64,000 nt of DNA, from the NCBI RefSeq assembly GCF_964355755.1, contig NC_092671.1, positions 38,388,304 to 38,452,303 on the forward strand. Direction: 5' to 3'. The notes beneath the pieces were generated by a model. It had not been told where the DNA came from, ran no database searches, and worked only from the letters and a program-made list of their open reading frames with translations. Positions 39,446-52,860 of the stretch are shown here, one piece after another; position 1 is the first letter of the stretch, and each line of letters opens with the position of its first letter. Position numbers and translations under genes: made by a program. The DNA comes from Antedon mediterranea. Lineage: Eukaryota; Animalia; Echinodermata.

Positions 39446-40166
39446 GCATGCTATGTAAAAGATGAGAAGGAATGCATGGTAGTACAGCAGTTGTTGTCAA
39501 ATTAGTGAAATATGGAAACTCTGCCAACATTAAAAAAAAAACAAGACTGTGTATTTGAACAAATTGAACCCATATCAAAGATAATTGTCAAGTATCTTAA
39601 TATTTAGCAAATTCACATTTGTTAAATATATCAACTGCCAAGTACAAAGTTTACCAGACCCAATTTAACTGAGACATACAGAACACTCTTCTCAAGGGAG
39701 AATTACAAAAAAAGATATATAGCATGTTAATCAGCATTTGTCGAGACACCACACAAGAATGCACTTTTAAGGTTGTGTCACATCATAGTTCAAAAGTAAG
39801 GGCTGCTCCCAATACACAATATGTATACTGAATCAGGCGATAAGAAATATTTATTATATTATTGTCACATTCAATGAAAGGTGTTATATACACAGCGCGA
39901 TTCTATGGCTTTAGTTTTCATCGCCGATTGATCGCATCAGACATTTTAATTTCATTAAACGAACACTGGTGCAGTTCTTTCAGAAAAAGCTTAGTTTAAG
40001 CGACCACTGCCTGCCCGGTAGAAGTTACCATGGTCTGGTTAAAACTTAAACCATACTGTTACATCTTGGTAAAAGCATTGGTAAAACTAGCAGAACTGAA
40101 AAATAAAAAGAGTGGAAAATGGACAAAAGTACCCATGACCAGTGCCACCAAGTTAAAGAGTATTTC

Positions 40167-40467
40167 TATGGTGGGCCAAACTGTCATTAAACTAAGATAT
40201 CTCTATTCAAAACTAAGATATCTCTATTTAAAACTAAGATATCTCTATTTAAAACTAAGATATCTCTATCCAAAACTAAGATATCTCTATTCAAAACTAA
40301 GATATCTCTATTTAAAACTAAGATATCTCTATCCAAAACTAAGATATCTCTATTTAAAACTAAGATATCTCTATCCAAAACTAAGATATCTCTATTAAAA
40401 ACTAAGATATCTCTATTAAAAACTAAGATATCTTTTTAATGATTAAATGACAGTTTGGCCCATCATA
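40167..40467. mobile_element. Small TIR element filled with a 21-bp tandem repeat
   Basis: TATGGTGGGCCAAACTGTCATT / AATGACAGTTTGGCCCATCATA inverted ends enclose about 12 copies of AAAACTAAGATATCTCTATYY. Confidence 0.8.
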
Positions 40468-40902
40468 TATTTCTGTACAGTTACTACTAATTACTTTTAC
40501 TTTTCAGTGTTTGCTTGTTTTGCTAACCAACAATTTCTATGGACGTCTGTTCCCAAAAAAATGGTATATCATGCGCATTGGGTTAAAAGTCTTTTTAAAC
40601 CTAACTTACTTAAAGCAACTATTGCTTTGGTGTTGGTGTTTAACTGGATGGTCCTGATTCTGCTGAAAATATGGGACATTACATGTCGAACCAGCTTTTT
40701 CTTTGCAGCAGAAATCATAAGCTTAAGTTGTTTAATATATTCTACCTCAAACTTTCTAAATTCTATTTATTTTTAGTGCATACCATCAGTGTGTCATATC
40801 CCTTCTGTTGGTTTTTAGAAGTTGTTGATTGAGTACGTTAAACACAAGGCTCAAATTTACCAACCCCAGCTGCTGGTACAACAACCGAACCTTTACTACC
40901 TT

Positions 40903-41903
40903 AAATATTATACAGATATTGACTGCTTAGAGGTTAAATATTATACAGATATTGACTGCTTAGAGGTTAAATATAAGATTTGACATCCCCGAGGGAATGA
41001 TATTAAGTTCGAGGGAATATATATTTCCCTCAGCTGGCGCTTCGGGAAATATATATTCCCTCGAACTTAATATCATTCCCTCGGGGATGTCAAATCTTAT
41101 ATTTAACCGATATAAAAGGCAATATCTGTTATATTATATAGCCAACAACAAGTCTGCTGGGTTGGGTGAAGCTAGCCTAGGCCTAGGCCTCCTTCCTATA
41201 GTATTTGTATTGTATTTAAACAAGCCTGCCTAGACACCTTACCTTGCGAAGAATAATATACAGATAATTACTAATTAATGATTCCTTGGAAATAAAATAT
41301 TCACTTAGGCCTAGGTCGTTGAAATTAACAGAAGAATTTCCATCAATAAGCCTATTAAAAATAATAATATTATAATCAGGTAGGCCTAGGCCGAATAAAC
41401 AATTCGTCTTCTTCTCGATCTTCGAGGAGCCGAATCACCGGATGTTCAGCGCGTACTAGTTGCTAAGTTACTACCGTGAGTATTGACCAATCACAAACGG
41501 TGTTTCATCACATTTAGGGTGGACTAATAACAAATGAGGGCGCTATGTATGCATAGTTTAAATAGTTTAGATGATTAATTTCTTCAAGCAAGCTACATGG
41601 CGCAGCGGTTGGAGCGTTGTCTTGCGATGGAGTGACAATTCCACCCGAGTTCAAGATCGAGTAGATGACTTTTGTTTATTTATCGGCAACGCGAGTGTTG
41701 GTACACGAAAATTACACAGTCAATATCATCGTACTCGAGAATCTATATGTTTAATGACAGGAGACACGATAATTACGCGAAAATTACACAGTCAATATCA
41801 TCGTTCTCGAGGATATATACGATTTACGATCCTCGCAGCGGTAGTCATGTGATGCAGTTTCAACCAATCACGTTCGCGTATTTACATAGGCTATGTAATA
41901 TAA
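40903..41903. mobile_element. Unclassified ~1-kb CpG-rich element with a long perfect hairpin
   Basis: 65-bp perfect inverted repeat at 40965-41108; inverted TATTATATAGCC (41131) and GGCTATGTAATA (41889); internal direct repeats and a tRNA-like segment. Confidence 0.6.
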
Positions 41904-42142
41904 AGATGTATTGCCTGTATATATTTAAAGTATCTACAGTGTTATATATTTGTTTGTTTCACTACAGTGAGGATAAGAATTTTTCCCTTTTAAGAGAAAT
42001 AATAAGTAAAACTTATTGAGTAAAAAGCCAGAATGAGACTTCTAAAAGTCATTTCCTCATTAAAGGAATTTAAACCACAACAACCAGAATTGCATAAATC
42101 TTTGGTAAAACTGAAAGAAAGAAGAGATAATAGTGTTACATT

Positions 42143-43619
42143 GGGTCTGTTTCTGCTGCATAACGCAATTTAACCGGTTATTTTTAAATAGATTAAAAAT
42201 AGATAACAATAACAAGACAATTTGTGCTCCGAAATAACCGGTTAAATCTATGGGTGGTCGTCGAGCAAAACGTCATTATTACCCAAAATGCAATACACTC
42301 AGGTCTACAAGTTTTGTTTTTTGTAAAGCCTACTTACATCGCTAATAAAATTAATTCTCATGGCGCCTTCAATAACATGATGGGGAGGGTCGTGCAGCGC
42401 CCGATCGCCTAGGATAATTTTTATCCTCAACACGTGAACGACTGTTTTCTTTCGCGAGCGCGGTCCTACAAAACACCAAACGGAAACAAAAACGAGACTC
42501 AGATTGTTGCAATACTTACCAAACGAGAGTAGACAATTGTTAATTAATTATGAAAACCCAACTTTTATAGCAAAAATCGTCCGAATTTATGTTAAAAACG
42601 ATGAGTTTAGCCACAAAAACTTAAATAAAACGAGAGTATCCAAGTCATAGAATATCGCACGCACATAGTGCCTTTAATAAAGTAATGAGTATTGAACATT
42701 ATTTCGTATATTTATGTACTAACATAAATAATAACACATTTCTATGCTTAATAAAATCATATTTAATATATTATCAAAGGCTCTGATTACCTTTGTTTTC
42801 GGTCGATGTGATGTTTTTCTAAAAAATTATATTATGTAAAACGATCAAAGTAAGAATGTTCATTGTTCTCCTATTAAAGGCACTAAGGGCGTGCCATAAA
42901 TACGCTCGTTTGGATTAAGTTTTTGTTGCTAAATTCATCGTTTATAACATAAATTCGGATGATTTTTGCTATAAAATTTGGGTTTTCATAATTAATTAAC
43001 CATTATCTACTATCGTTTGGTAGGTATTTGCAACATTCTGAGTCCCTTTTTTGTTTCAGTTTTGGTGTTTATATAGGACCATCCATACCCTTCGTTCGCG
43101 AGCGTGTACTAACGCCTCAAATTGCTTAGCTTGGGTAGTCCCCGGAACTCCACCCCAAACTCCTCTTTTACTTTCGCAAAAATGCTCTTATTTATTATCT
43201 GTGATTCTTTTCTATTGCCTGCCATCCTTCCCCGTACTTTCTCTCCCCCCACAACTGAATAACATATCTTGTGATTTCATTCATCCACATACATGTTCAC
43301 TTCTTCGTTCGACTGTCAAAACCACGAGGAAAACACACATCGTATGCGATGGTATCTGACCCGGGGTCACAACTGTCAATCAAATAACCGTTATTTCGTG
43401 TTGCAGCTAAGAATTGCTCAGCGATAACCGGTTAAACGGCATTCTAACACCGATTTAAATTGGTGTTTTTAACCGGTTATTTTGCGCTGCCTTTTAACCG
43501 GTTACCACAAATTTGTCCTGTTTCTGCTGCCAAGAAAATGGAGTTAATTTATTCACACCGATTTTGATTTATTCACACCGATTTTAACCGGTTATTTTTG
43601 ATGCAGCAGAAACAGGCCC
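42143..43619. mobile_element. 1477-bp PIF/Harbinger-like non-autonomous element
   Basis: ATT|GGGTCTGTTTCTGCTGCA...TGCAGCAGAAACAGGCCC|ATT: 3-bp TSD, GGG..CCC ends, repeated TAACCGGTTA subterminal palindromes. Confidence 0.82.
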
Positions 43620-45543
43620 ATTGGCACCAACAAGAGCCTAACAAAATGTGTCCACCATCCAGGCCAGCACTGACCCACAGAAAGAAAGGTGAGATCATCA
43701 ATCAAGTTTTCAAGTTTTATTGCTTTTGTGTTGAAGTCCATTTCTACCAAAACAAATTATTGAGCATAATAAATCAATGAACATGTTTTACAAATAGTTT
43801 TTAATATTGTAATATAAAAAAATATATATCAAACATAAATTAAAAAATTATAATTAATTTATCTTTGAAGTAAATTTATTTGTTGTTGTCTGTTTAATGT
43901 GTTTACATGATAATGATTACCTATGATTGAAAGTGCTGAAAGGTTATTCATTCATTCAAGAAGATTTTCTACAAAATTACCTTTATTATTAAATAATGCT
44001 TTTGGTGGACACAGCCTTTTTATATAAAATGTATTACTATAAATCCAATAATAATTTGTATTGTTTTGGAATGTATGGAACTTTGCTCAAGTCTATTATT
44101 AATATTAGTTAACAGATACTATGTTTAGATTCAGTTTATGTTAAAACTGTCAGATACAATTCATGAATTTAACGATTGACAAGTATACTAACAGTTTGGT
44201 TTTAAAATAATATTACAGACTCTCTGCATGTTATCTGACATTTTAGCCCAAAATTACACTTATTCACTCAAATCCATACATTCACGCAATGTATGTACAT
44301 ACAATTAATCTTTGGCAAAAACAAGAGAACAACAAGGAAATAAAATATAATATGGTATGATACACTTTTTTCCAAAATTGAAAGAACCAAGAAATCATGG
44401 GAAAAGTGCTGTGTGGTCTTGTTTCTACAGACTTACCAAACTACTTAAACGGGCCTAGATCTAAAAACAAGAGGACAATAAAGAAATAACAAAAACTACA
44501 ATAATAGGGTATAAAAAATGTTTTTTCCAAACTGAAAGAACCAAGAAATCGAGACTAACTACTTAAATATGTTTTATTTGAGTCGTGTGGTTAGGATATC
44601 AGAGACATTTGTATCAGAATGGGAGAATACATTATGATTGGGAAGATGAGTAAAAAATACATTTTTTTAAAGCAATGTTGAAAGTAGATAATTTGCATAC
44701 AATTTTTTCAACTTAGCAATAAGCATTTCTCTGAAAAGTAGGACTATAGAAAGCATTTGGGATCAAAAAAAGCAGAATGAAAATTGTTTTTGCTCTATGG
44801 ATATGACAAATAGAGCTCTCACTTAAAGAAACCTGCCAACGTCAGTGAAAAACAACCTGAACCCTGTCAAGCAATCTTGGACCAACATTGGGAAAGGAGT
44901 AACATTTGCTTGGAAATTATGATTCTTCGATAATATCAACATTTAACATATCTTGCATATTATCAAACTATTGGCATGGGTTTATCACATTATCAATATA
45001 AGCATAGGGAATTAGTAGGAATGAAGTGCCTTGATATGAAGGAATCCACAAGAGGGTGTTTGGTAAATAGTTTGCAAGACCTGGAACAGCTTACCTAGAT
45101 AAAAACCTTAAACAATTTAACCATGAAACAACTTTTATTATTATTTAATCTTTTTACATTTAAAAGGATACAGTATATTTATTATAAATTACATGGGAGA
45201 GGAACTTAAAACGTAATTCATTTTGTGTTTTGTCAGAACAACTAGAAAAGGAGTCTCCTAATCCAGAAACTAAACATGCAATTACACTCCTGTATCTTTT
45301 TCAGAAAAATAAAAGAGCAAACACATTTGTTGATTTGTTGAAAGTACCTGTTGATATAAATACAGCTACTAAATTGAGGTAACTAGACTCCATTAACTGT
45401 AACCGGGCTTTAAATCTTTCAATAAGCACATTTAAAGACGCCACCTGTAGCTTAAGTCCAGTCTTAAGTCTGACATCTGATGTCAACATAATTCTTATCC
45501 TACATGTCAAAATTATAAAACTGTATATAACAAATATTTCTAA

Positions 45544-45683
45544 AGCTCTGTCTACACTATCAAACTTTATGCGACAAAAACATGTGATGTGCCCATATAT
45601 GGACATGATGATGTCATTTCACTACCATATTTAGGCACATAAAACATTTTTTGTCAAACTATTTTGATAGTGTAGACAGAGCT
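45544..45683. mobile_element. MITE (Tourist/Harbinger-like), intact copy
   Basis: TAA|AGCTCTGTCTACACTATCAAA...TTTGATAGTGTAGACAGAGCT|TAA. Confidence 0.9.
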
Positions 45684-47304
45684 TAAAAAACATATTTATA
45701 GAAAATTGTATTATAATTTTCACACTAAATCAAGAGCTGTTCACAAACAAATTCTTTCTGAAACCTAACAAATTTTTTTAAGAAAAAAAATAAATTAAAT
45801 GTGACCAAATCTATGAACTAAAAAAATTGACAGAATATAAAGGTTGTATCACATAATTTATGATTCTAATAAAGTTCAAGTGTGAATGTAATTGGAATGT
45901 TATTCCCAGATGTGTTTAGTATAAGTTTTGATGATGTTGCAAAAATCTAAAGTTTCGTCTCGACTAACCGTCTAAGAAATTTCCTGACAGTACAAGCTTT
46001 CATGGAAGTTTAGTTCAATTTATCAATCAAAAATAATATAAAAACATAAAAATACATTTGAACCAATCCTTGTCATCTATCTTCACCATATTGTTTTGTT
46101 GTTATTGTTTTACAACACAATTTAACAACATTTTTCAGTGAATATTAGATAAAAATAAAACTAGAAAAGTTAACCCAAAAAAAGTACAAGAAAAAGTGCA
46201 GAAGAAAGAAGGCAAAGATAAGTTTGTGGAAAAAAGAGTAAACTAGAATTTAGAAATCCAGTTTGAGGAATACCATTAAAATAAAAATTGTTTTAAAAAA
46301 TGTAAATAAGTAAATAACTTAATTATAGTAAACATGACAACCAACAGTAGAAGAGCTGATCATATCTCTCTACGACTTGTACAGTATTTCTTTCGTTGTG
46401 GTAGTTAAACTTTAGCAAAATGGTACTACAAATTGTCTCAAAACAATATGTGTAGTATGTTATTACAATTTAGGCAAGGATTAATATTGAATATATGTCC
46501 TCATTGTTTAAAAGAAATATAGGTCTACATTATCTATTTATATCTAGAAAAACATTGTTATATGCAAAAGCATCTGTCAGGATAGTAGCAACAAGGATTG
46601 AGAAAAACCTCTAGAGTCAGCAAAAGACCTCAAGAGTTTTCGATCGATCATTCAGGAAAGATATTTGGATGAGTCTACAAAGAGCAAATCATTATTTTAT
46701 CGATGTAGGATTAGGTACGTTAGCCTTGACACTGAAGTATGCTGATCAACGGGATAAAGTCAAAGGATTAGCAGAATCCCTTGGGATTGGTTTGCCTAAG
46801 CCACTAAAGAACCTACATCAGCTGATCCTTACATAATAAGTCATTTATTTCTCCAACATCTGGATGAAAATTATCCCTCAATCCTATTGTTTTAAATCTG
46901 CAACCATATTGAAAACAACATTTGAAAAATTGATAAAGCTGAAAATTTTCAATTCCTGTTAAAAGACAGCAAAAATGTGTTTTAGACATTGCTTTTCAGT
47001 CTAAGGTGATAGACATTTTGTTTTTATTATTAAAATGCCAATTTCTTTAAATTTATAAGTGGTGGATTTTTAAATACGAGGGGGGGGGGGAGGAGTATCA
47101 GGGCTTAAAACAATGTGCTACATCCTATTTGCATGGTACTTTTTGTTTTAGTAATTCTGCATATTTTGCCATTTGTGGTTGGGGTTGTAGACAACTAAAT
47201 CAAAATACTTCCTACCATAAATTTTATGCATATCCTGGATTTATACGTTCAAAAGGGGCAAGAACATAATTGCTAGTAAGGCAGACAGTTAACAACTAAT
47301 AAAG

Positions 47305-47544
47305 AGTGGAGTTGTGGCTTGGTGGTTATGATGCTTGGCTACCACTCTAAGGGTCCTGGGTTCAAGTCCCGTCACATGTCAGGATTTTTTCTAAGGACCA
47401 AATTACTCCACTCCCAAAGACTTGTAATAAGACTTTGTTTATGTAGAGCATCTTGTGTATATGTTTGTCTTGTGAACCTCTGAGGGTCTCTAATGATCAG
47501 CAATAGCTGGATGGATCACCCTCATTAAATATGGTTAAAAAAAA
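47305..47544 (+). mobile_element. tRNA-derived SINE
   Basis: A-box TGGCTTGGTGG, B-box GGTTCAAGTCC, ~240-bp body ending in poly(A). Confidence 0.75.
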
Positions 47545-49944
47545 GTACAGACAACTGACTGCAGACAGATAGATAGTAGAAAATATAAAATCAAAAAAGA
47601 ATACAGGAAAATATTTAATATAATTTAATGAAGGTTATGATTGAAGCAAGGAAATCAACCAAGGTAAGGTCAAATTAATATCCCAGAATTCAGTGTCACC
47701 ACCAACCAATAATAGAAGCTAGTCCTAAGTTTAGGCAGTGGAAAGAGCATCTCATAAGAAGAAAAACAGAATTGGAAACATTCTAAAATAAAGATATTAA
47801 TGATGTTATTCAATTAAAACAGAATAAATATAAAATTGCAACTACTGGTATACTTGGTACCGGGATATTCCATTCAGCCTGCATGTATTTTACCAGGGTA
47901 GCAAAAACAATTGACCAATCACAATTAAGTTCAACTTCCTGGCTTTTAGCAAAACAATTGACCAATCACAATTAAGTCCTACTTCCTGATTATAGCAACC
48001 AATGATTGATAACAAAAACTGCATGTCCTTTTAATAGACTTTTACTTTTTCTCAATAATAATAATATGATTTTTTTTTGTACAACCAACAATTTGAAAAA
48101 AAAAAAAGAAAAAAGAATTAATTTGAAACCTTAGGTTTTAAATCAAATTATTGACAGAAAAATTGTATACATTTTGCATCTGTGAAATGGCACATATTAT
48201 GCTTGTTATAATGACACACTTAATTGAAAAGGTGAACATTTTGTTTTTGTACAAAAATCTTCAGAAAAACAAGAAAAAAATAATTTCAATGCATAGCTTT
48301 TAAAATAAAAACATTTATACATTTTTTTATAGATATTTTTTGGTGAGGTTTGATTTGAATGAGTTGTTACAAAATCATCAACTATCCTTTATTGTCCTGC
48401 TTGTTTCATACACTTTGGTCCTACAATGCATCGCATCGCATCGCATCGCATCGCATTCAATGTGTGGCGATGTAGGGATCACGTGTGGTACAACTTGCGG
48501 AAAGTTGCAAGACTATATGTGGAATATATTTATAAATATGTGAATAAAAAAATTAGAATTTGATTCTAAGTGGATTTAACAAATAACCCTATGTAATTAC
48601 ACCTTTTTGGTCAACTAACATATGTTAATTTATTTTTACTTTCATTTTTTAAATTGAATAAATAAACTATAATTCTCTGCACTATCGTAACAGCAACTGA
48701 GTCATCAGTTCTTACTCATAAGTCTTTACTCCTAAGTTGAGCTGCACTTGAGTATACCTATTTTTTTCAAAACAAACTGGTTGAAGCCCCAAAATTACGA
48801 TTGACAAATAATAACTATTTAAGGAAATTAATGTTCATATGTTTCTGATCGATAAAATATAAAACTGAGATTTTACTGTTTGTGAAGCTTCCTGGTTGAA
48901 CATTGTGTTTTCAAAATGTCCCCATAGGCTGAAAATCAGACATATATTTTATGATAATTTGACAATATATAATTCACAGGTGTTTTATGAGATTACCATC
49001 AACATTCAGACAGAATTAAAATAAACAGAAATCATTTCTTCTATGAAAAAAAAGTTATTTGATATAATTTATACAATTGTTGTGAATTCTTTTTTTTTAT
49101 ATAAGGGAATGTATTTCTTGTACTTTTTGATATAGCCAGTACATTTCCCCCTAGGCTCAAGTGTTAAAAAGTATAACCGAGGTCAAATGGACAATTGTCA
49201 TAATATAAAAATAATTTAATACTAGCCAATCAAAAGAGACATCAAATTTCTTTCCCATAGATAGGATCATATTAGCAAAACTAAAATTGTAATCATATAA
49301 AATCTGTAAAAGTCAATTCATCCTTTATCGATCTAATTTATATAAAAATAAAAATTAGACATATCTCTGTATAAATCTTTGCATAAATTTTAAATAATAT
49401 TTGTACTATATGATGTGTCAATGAGAAAAAATGTTTTCATGTAATCTTTTATTGTCACGGAATGAAGAGAATATAGTTGATACCTTATTTAATAGTGTGA
49501 TTGAACATTATGAGTAACATCCGAAACATATCACATGAATGAAAGACCTAATATGTCCTTTACAAAGCTACTTTGATTTATTACATGATAGTACATTATT
49601 TGTTTCAATAATTGCATCTTTTGGGATAATTTTAGGCCCTAGGGTGTCATAAACAATCGCCAAACAACCCTCAGGTGGTACTATAATAATGTCACTAATG
49701 ACAAATCAACTTATGTGTGACATTGTTATATTACCAATTATTTTTCTTTCCTCGCATTAAAAAGCTGCTCTCATGAGGATTAATGTTATTGTTTTACATT
49801 TATGTGAAGTATAATCTAAATAGAACGTTCTTGGAATAAAGTAATAATGCTTCTACCCTCTTTCCTTCATTTTCTTTAGGTAGCAAAAGTCACAGAAGGA
49901 AAAACCTTGAGATGATCTTAGATTGAAACAACATATTTTATATC

Positions 49945-50772
49945 TAGGTCTATTTATCATTCCCCTACTTTATGTTAATGATTTTTTCAAAAGGTTTACA
50001 TGGCCAATAAACACTAGTTAAACTACATTACAAAATTATACATTGTTAAATTGTAAAACGTATTTATTATAAAGATGCTCAAAGTACTTGACACCAATTT
50101 GTTTTTAATATTTTTAGTCTACATTATCATTTCCCTATTTTATTTTTATGATTTTTTCAAAAGGTTTACATGGCGAATAAATGTTAGTAAAGTTAGGTTT
50201 GTGAAACATACATTGTAAAATTGTAAAACGTATTTATTATGAAGATGCTCAAAGTACTTGACACCAATTTGTCTTTAATCTTTTTAGTCTACATTATCAT
50301 TTCCCTACTTTATTTTAAAGATTTTTTCAAAGGTTTACATGGCAAATAAATGTTAGTAAAGTTAGGTTTGTGAAACATACATTGTAAAATTGTAAAACGT
50401 ATTTATTATGAAGATGCTCAAAGTACTTGACACCAATTTGTTTTTAATCTTTTTAGTCTACATTATCATTTCTCTATTTTATTTTTATGATTTTTTCAAA
50501 AGGTTTACATGGCGAATAAATGTTAGTAAAGTTAGGTTTGTGAAACATACATTGTAAAATTGTAAAACGTATTTATTATGAAGATGCTCAAAGTACTTGA
50601 CACCAATTTGTCTTTAATCTTTTTAGTCTACATTATCATTTCCCTACTTTATTTTAATGATTTTTTCAAAGGTTAGGTTAGGTTTGCGGTAAATAAATTG
50701 TTACATTTCTGAACGTATTTATTATGATGATTCTTTAGGTACCTTGACACCAATTTTTCTTTAATCTTTTTA
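49945..50772. repeat. ~170-bp AT-rich tandem repeat (~5 units)
   Basis: GTCTACATTATC recurs at 50117, 50287, 50456 and 50626. Confidence 0.95.
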
Positions 50773-51832
50773 GGAAAGCAATCTAATTAATAAACATATA
50801 TTTTTGTTAGTTGTGTGTCTGATCTATATTGAAAAATGACGACACGGATTGCGTAGAATAAATGACATTCCATCTCAAGTTTTGCGTAATTAAATCAATA
50901 CAGTAAATCAATAGTTCCACTCTTCCAAAAAGGTCAAATTTACGTTAAAAATGTCACATTTACGAGAGACCACCTCAGATGCTGTTTCACATATGGTTTA
51001 ATTTTAGAAATGAAAATTAAATTGATTACCAAAATGTATAAATAGATATATTATATTACGATAGAATATGAAAAAGAAAATAAAATATTGTATAAGGATT
51101 AAAACATTTTGTTTCGCAGCTCGTGCCTTTTGTTAAATTGTATCTCCATTCATTTTATTATAAAATTATTATGAAAGGTATGACATAAGGAATTAAAATA
51201 AATTCATTATAAATGGTACAAAGGAATATGAAATCGATAATGTTGATGCTTTATTTATTAAGTATCAATTCTTGTTGCATAATTGTTTTACATTTTTTAT
51301 ATGTTTTTTTTACAATTCTGTAGTTAATTATTTAAGGTGTTTCATTTAGGGACCACAGTGGCAATAAGTTGCTTTTTGTACTTTTCTGTGTTTTTATCCT
51401 TTATTGATCCACTTGATCTTCTGAATGAGTAAATAAAAAGTCTTAAACAGTTGAAATGATGATAATTTGGAGTACCGTAAATAATAATAATGGAACATAT
51501 ATGACCTGGATGTATGGGAACAGGAAGGCTAGACCAGAATCAATGCACTAGATAGGGACTGAAACAAACAGATGTTAAAATAGAAAAAACATCTGGTTGC
51601 AAAACCAGAATATGGCCAAGGCTAGGTAACCTTTCACCTCTCAACTTTTGTTTAGTAACTTTCTTGTCTTTGACTGTTTTGCCTTGAACTCCTCCCACAG
51701 AGGCTACCTGTCATATTAATAATATTTTTGGTTTAATTTCACATTTATTACCATAAATCTCTTTGTATTTGGTAAAAGAGTGACATATAGAGCCTGTTTA
51801 TGTTGTATATTTTTTTAAATTTCATTTTTTAG

Positions 51833-52075
51833 GCTGACCTGTATTTCTGCTCTAAAATAACAATTACATTTGTGTTGGTTGTCAACAAAAAATGTTAACA
51901 TTACCAAAAATGCAATGCAATCAGGCGGTCAATCATCCAAGATACTACAGCTGTCAATCAAATAACCATTATTTTGCTTATTTCAAAGTTGCACAGTAGT
52001 AATTGGTTAGAACAAGTTGTCTTGTCCCTGCTGCCCAGAAATTGGGGTTAGTTTTTTGCAGCAGAAACAGGACCA
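51833..52075. mobile_element. Decayed, internally deleted relative of the 42143-43619 element
   Basis: Shares ATTACC(C/A)AAAATGCAAT, CTGTCAATCAAATAACC and the TIR TGCAGCAGAAACAGG. Confidence 0.65.
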
Positions 52076-52571
52076 TAGTGATACGTTAATGCTTTATAGT
52101 GAGGAGAATTATTGATAAAGATGTTCATTCATTCAATGTTTTATTTCAGAACCTCTGGTCCATAGACAGTAAAATTACATATAAATTAATGAAAAAAATG
52201 TAACTGTACTGACTAATTACTACAAGACAATGTGCTCTCATTGATGATATTGATGAAGAAAACCATTTTAATATTTTAATTAAACTTACTACAAATTCAA
52301 TTTTATTTTTAGAAATCTGAAAATTGTTTCAGGTCAATATATAGATAAAAAAAGTTGGATTAACTTTTCACAGACAATTAAGTAAAGTTCAATGCCTCTT
52401 CAATGTATCTTATCTAAAGTCTTGAACCATTATTTGGGCATCCTGAGCCAATCAACCGCCGTCCAATACAACGTCGCAATTAGTTTTACAGCACTTTCCA
52501 TTAGAATGCTCCACAAGTATTATTTCCTATGAATACAGTAAAATACTTTGACACAGTTCCCTCGCAAAGGT

Positions 52572-52860
52572 ACTACACTTTCAAACTTTATGACAAAAAT
52601 GTGTGATGTGCCAAAACATGGTAGTGATTTGCTCAAATATGGTAGTGATGTGCCCAAATATGGTAGTGATATACACAAGTATGGTGGTAGTGATATAACA
52701 ATAACATCATGATGTCAATAATATGGGCAAGGTATTGGGCGTGTTAAGCTCTGTCTACACAAACTTTAAGTGACAAAGAAGTGTGATATGCCCAAATATG
52801 GTAGTGATATGCCCAAGTATGGTAGTGACATCATCATGTTCATATACTGTATGGGCAAAG
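52572..52860. mobile_element. Two adjacent partial MITE copies (TGTCTACAC family)
   Basis: AGCTCTGTCTACAC at 52747 and repeated AAATATGGTAGTGAT units. Confidence 0.7.

Noticed and set aside
40030-40398. 122-aa ORF with KLRYLY repeats
   Set aside because: It translates the 21-bp tandem array.
47305-47385. Functional tRNA gene (also 22654, 34390-34465, 41591)
   Set aside because: A and B boxes are present but cloverleaf stems do not pair, and two continue into SINE bodies.
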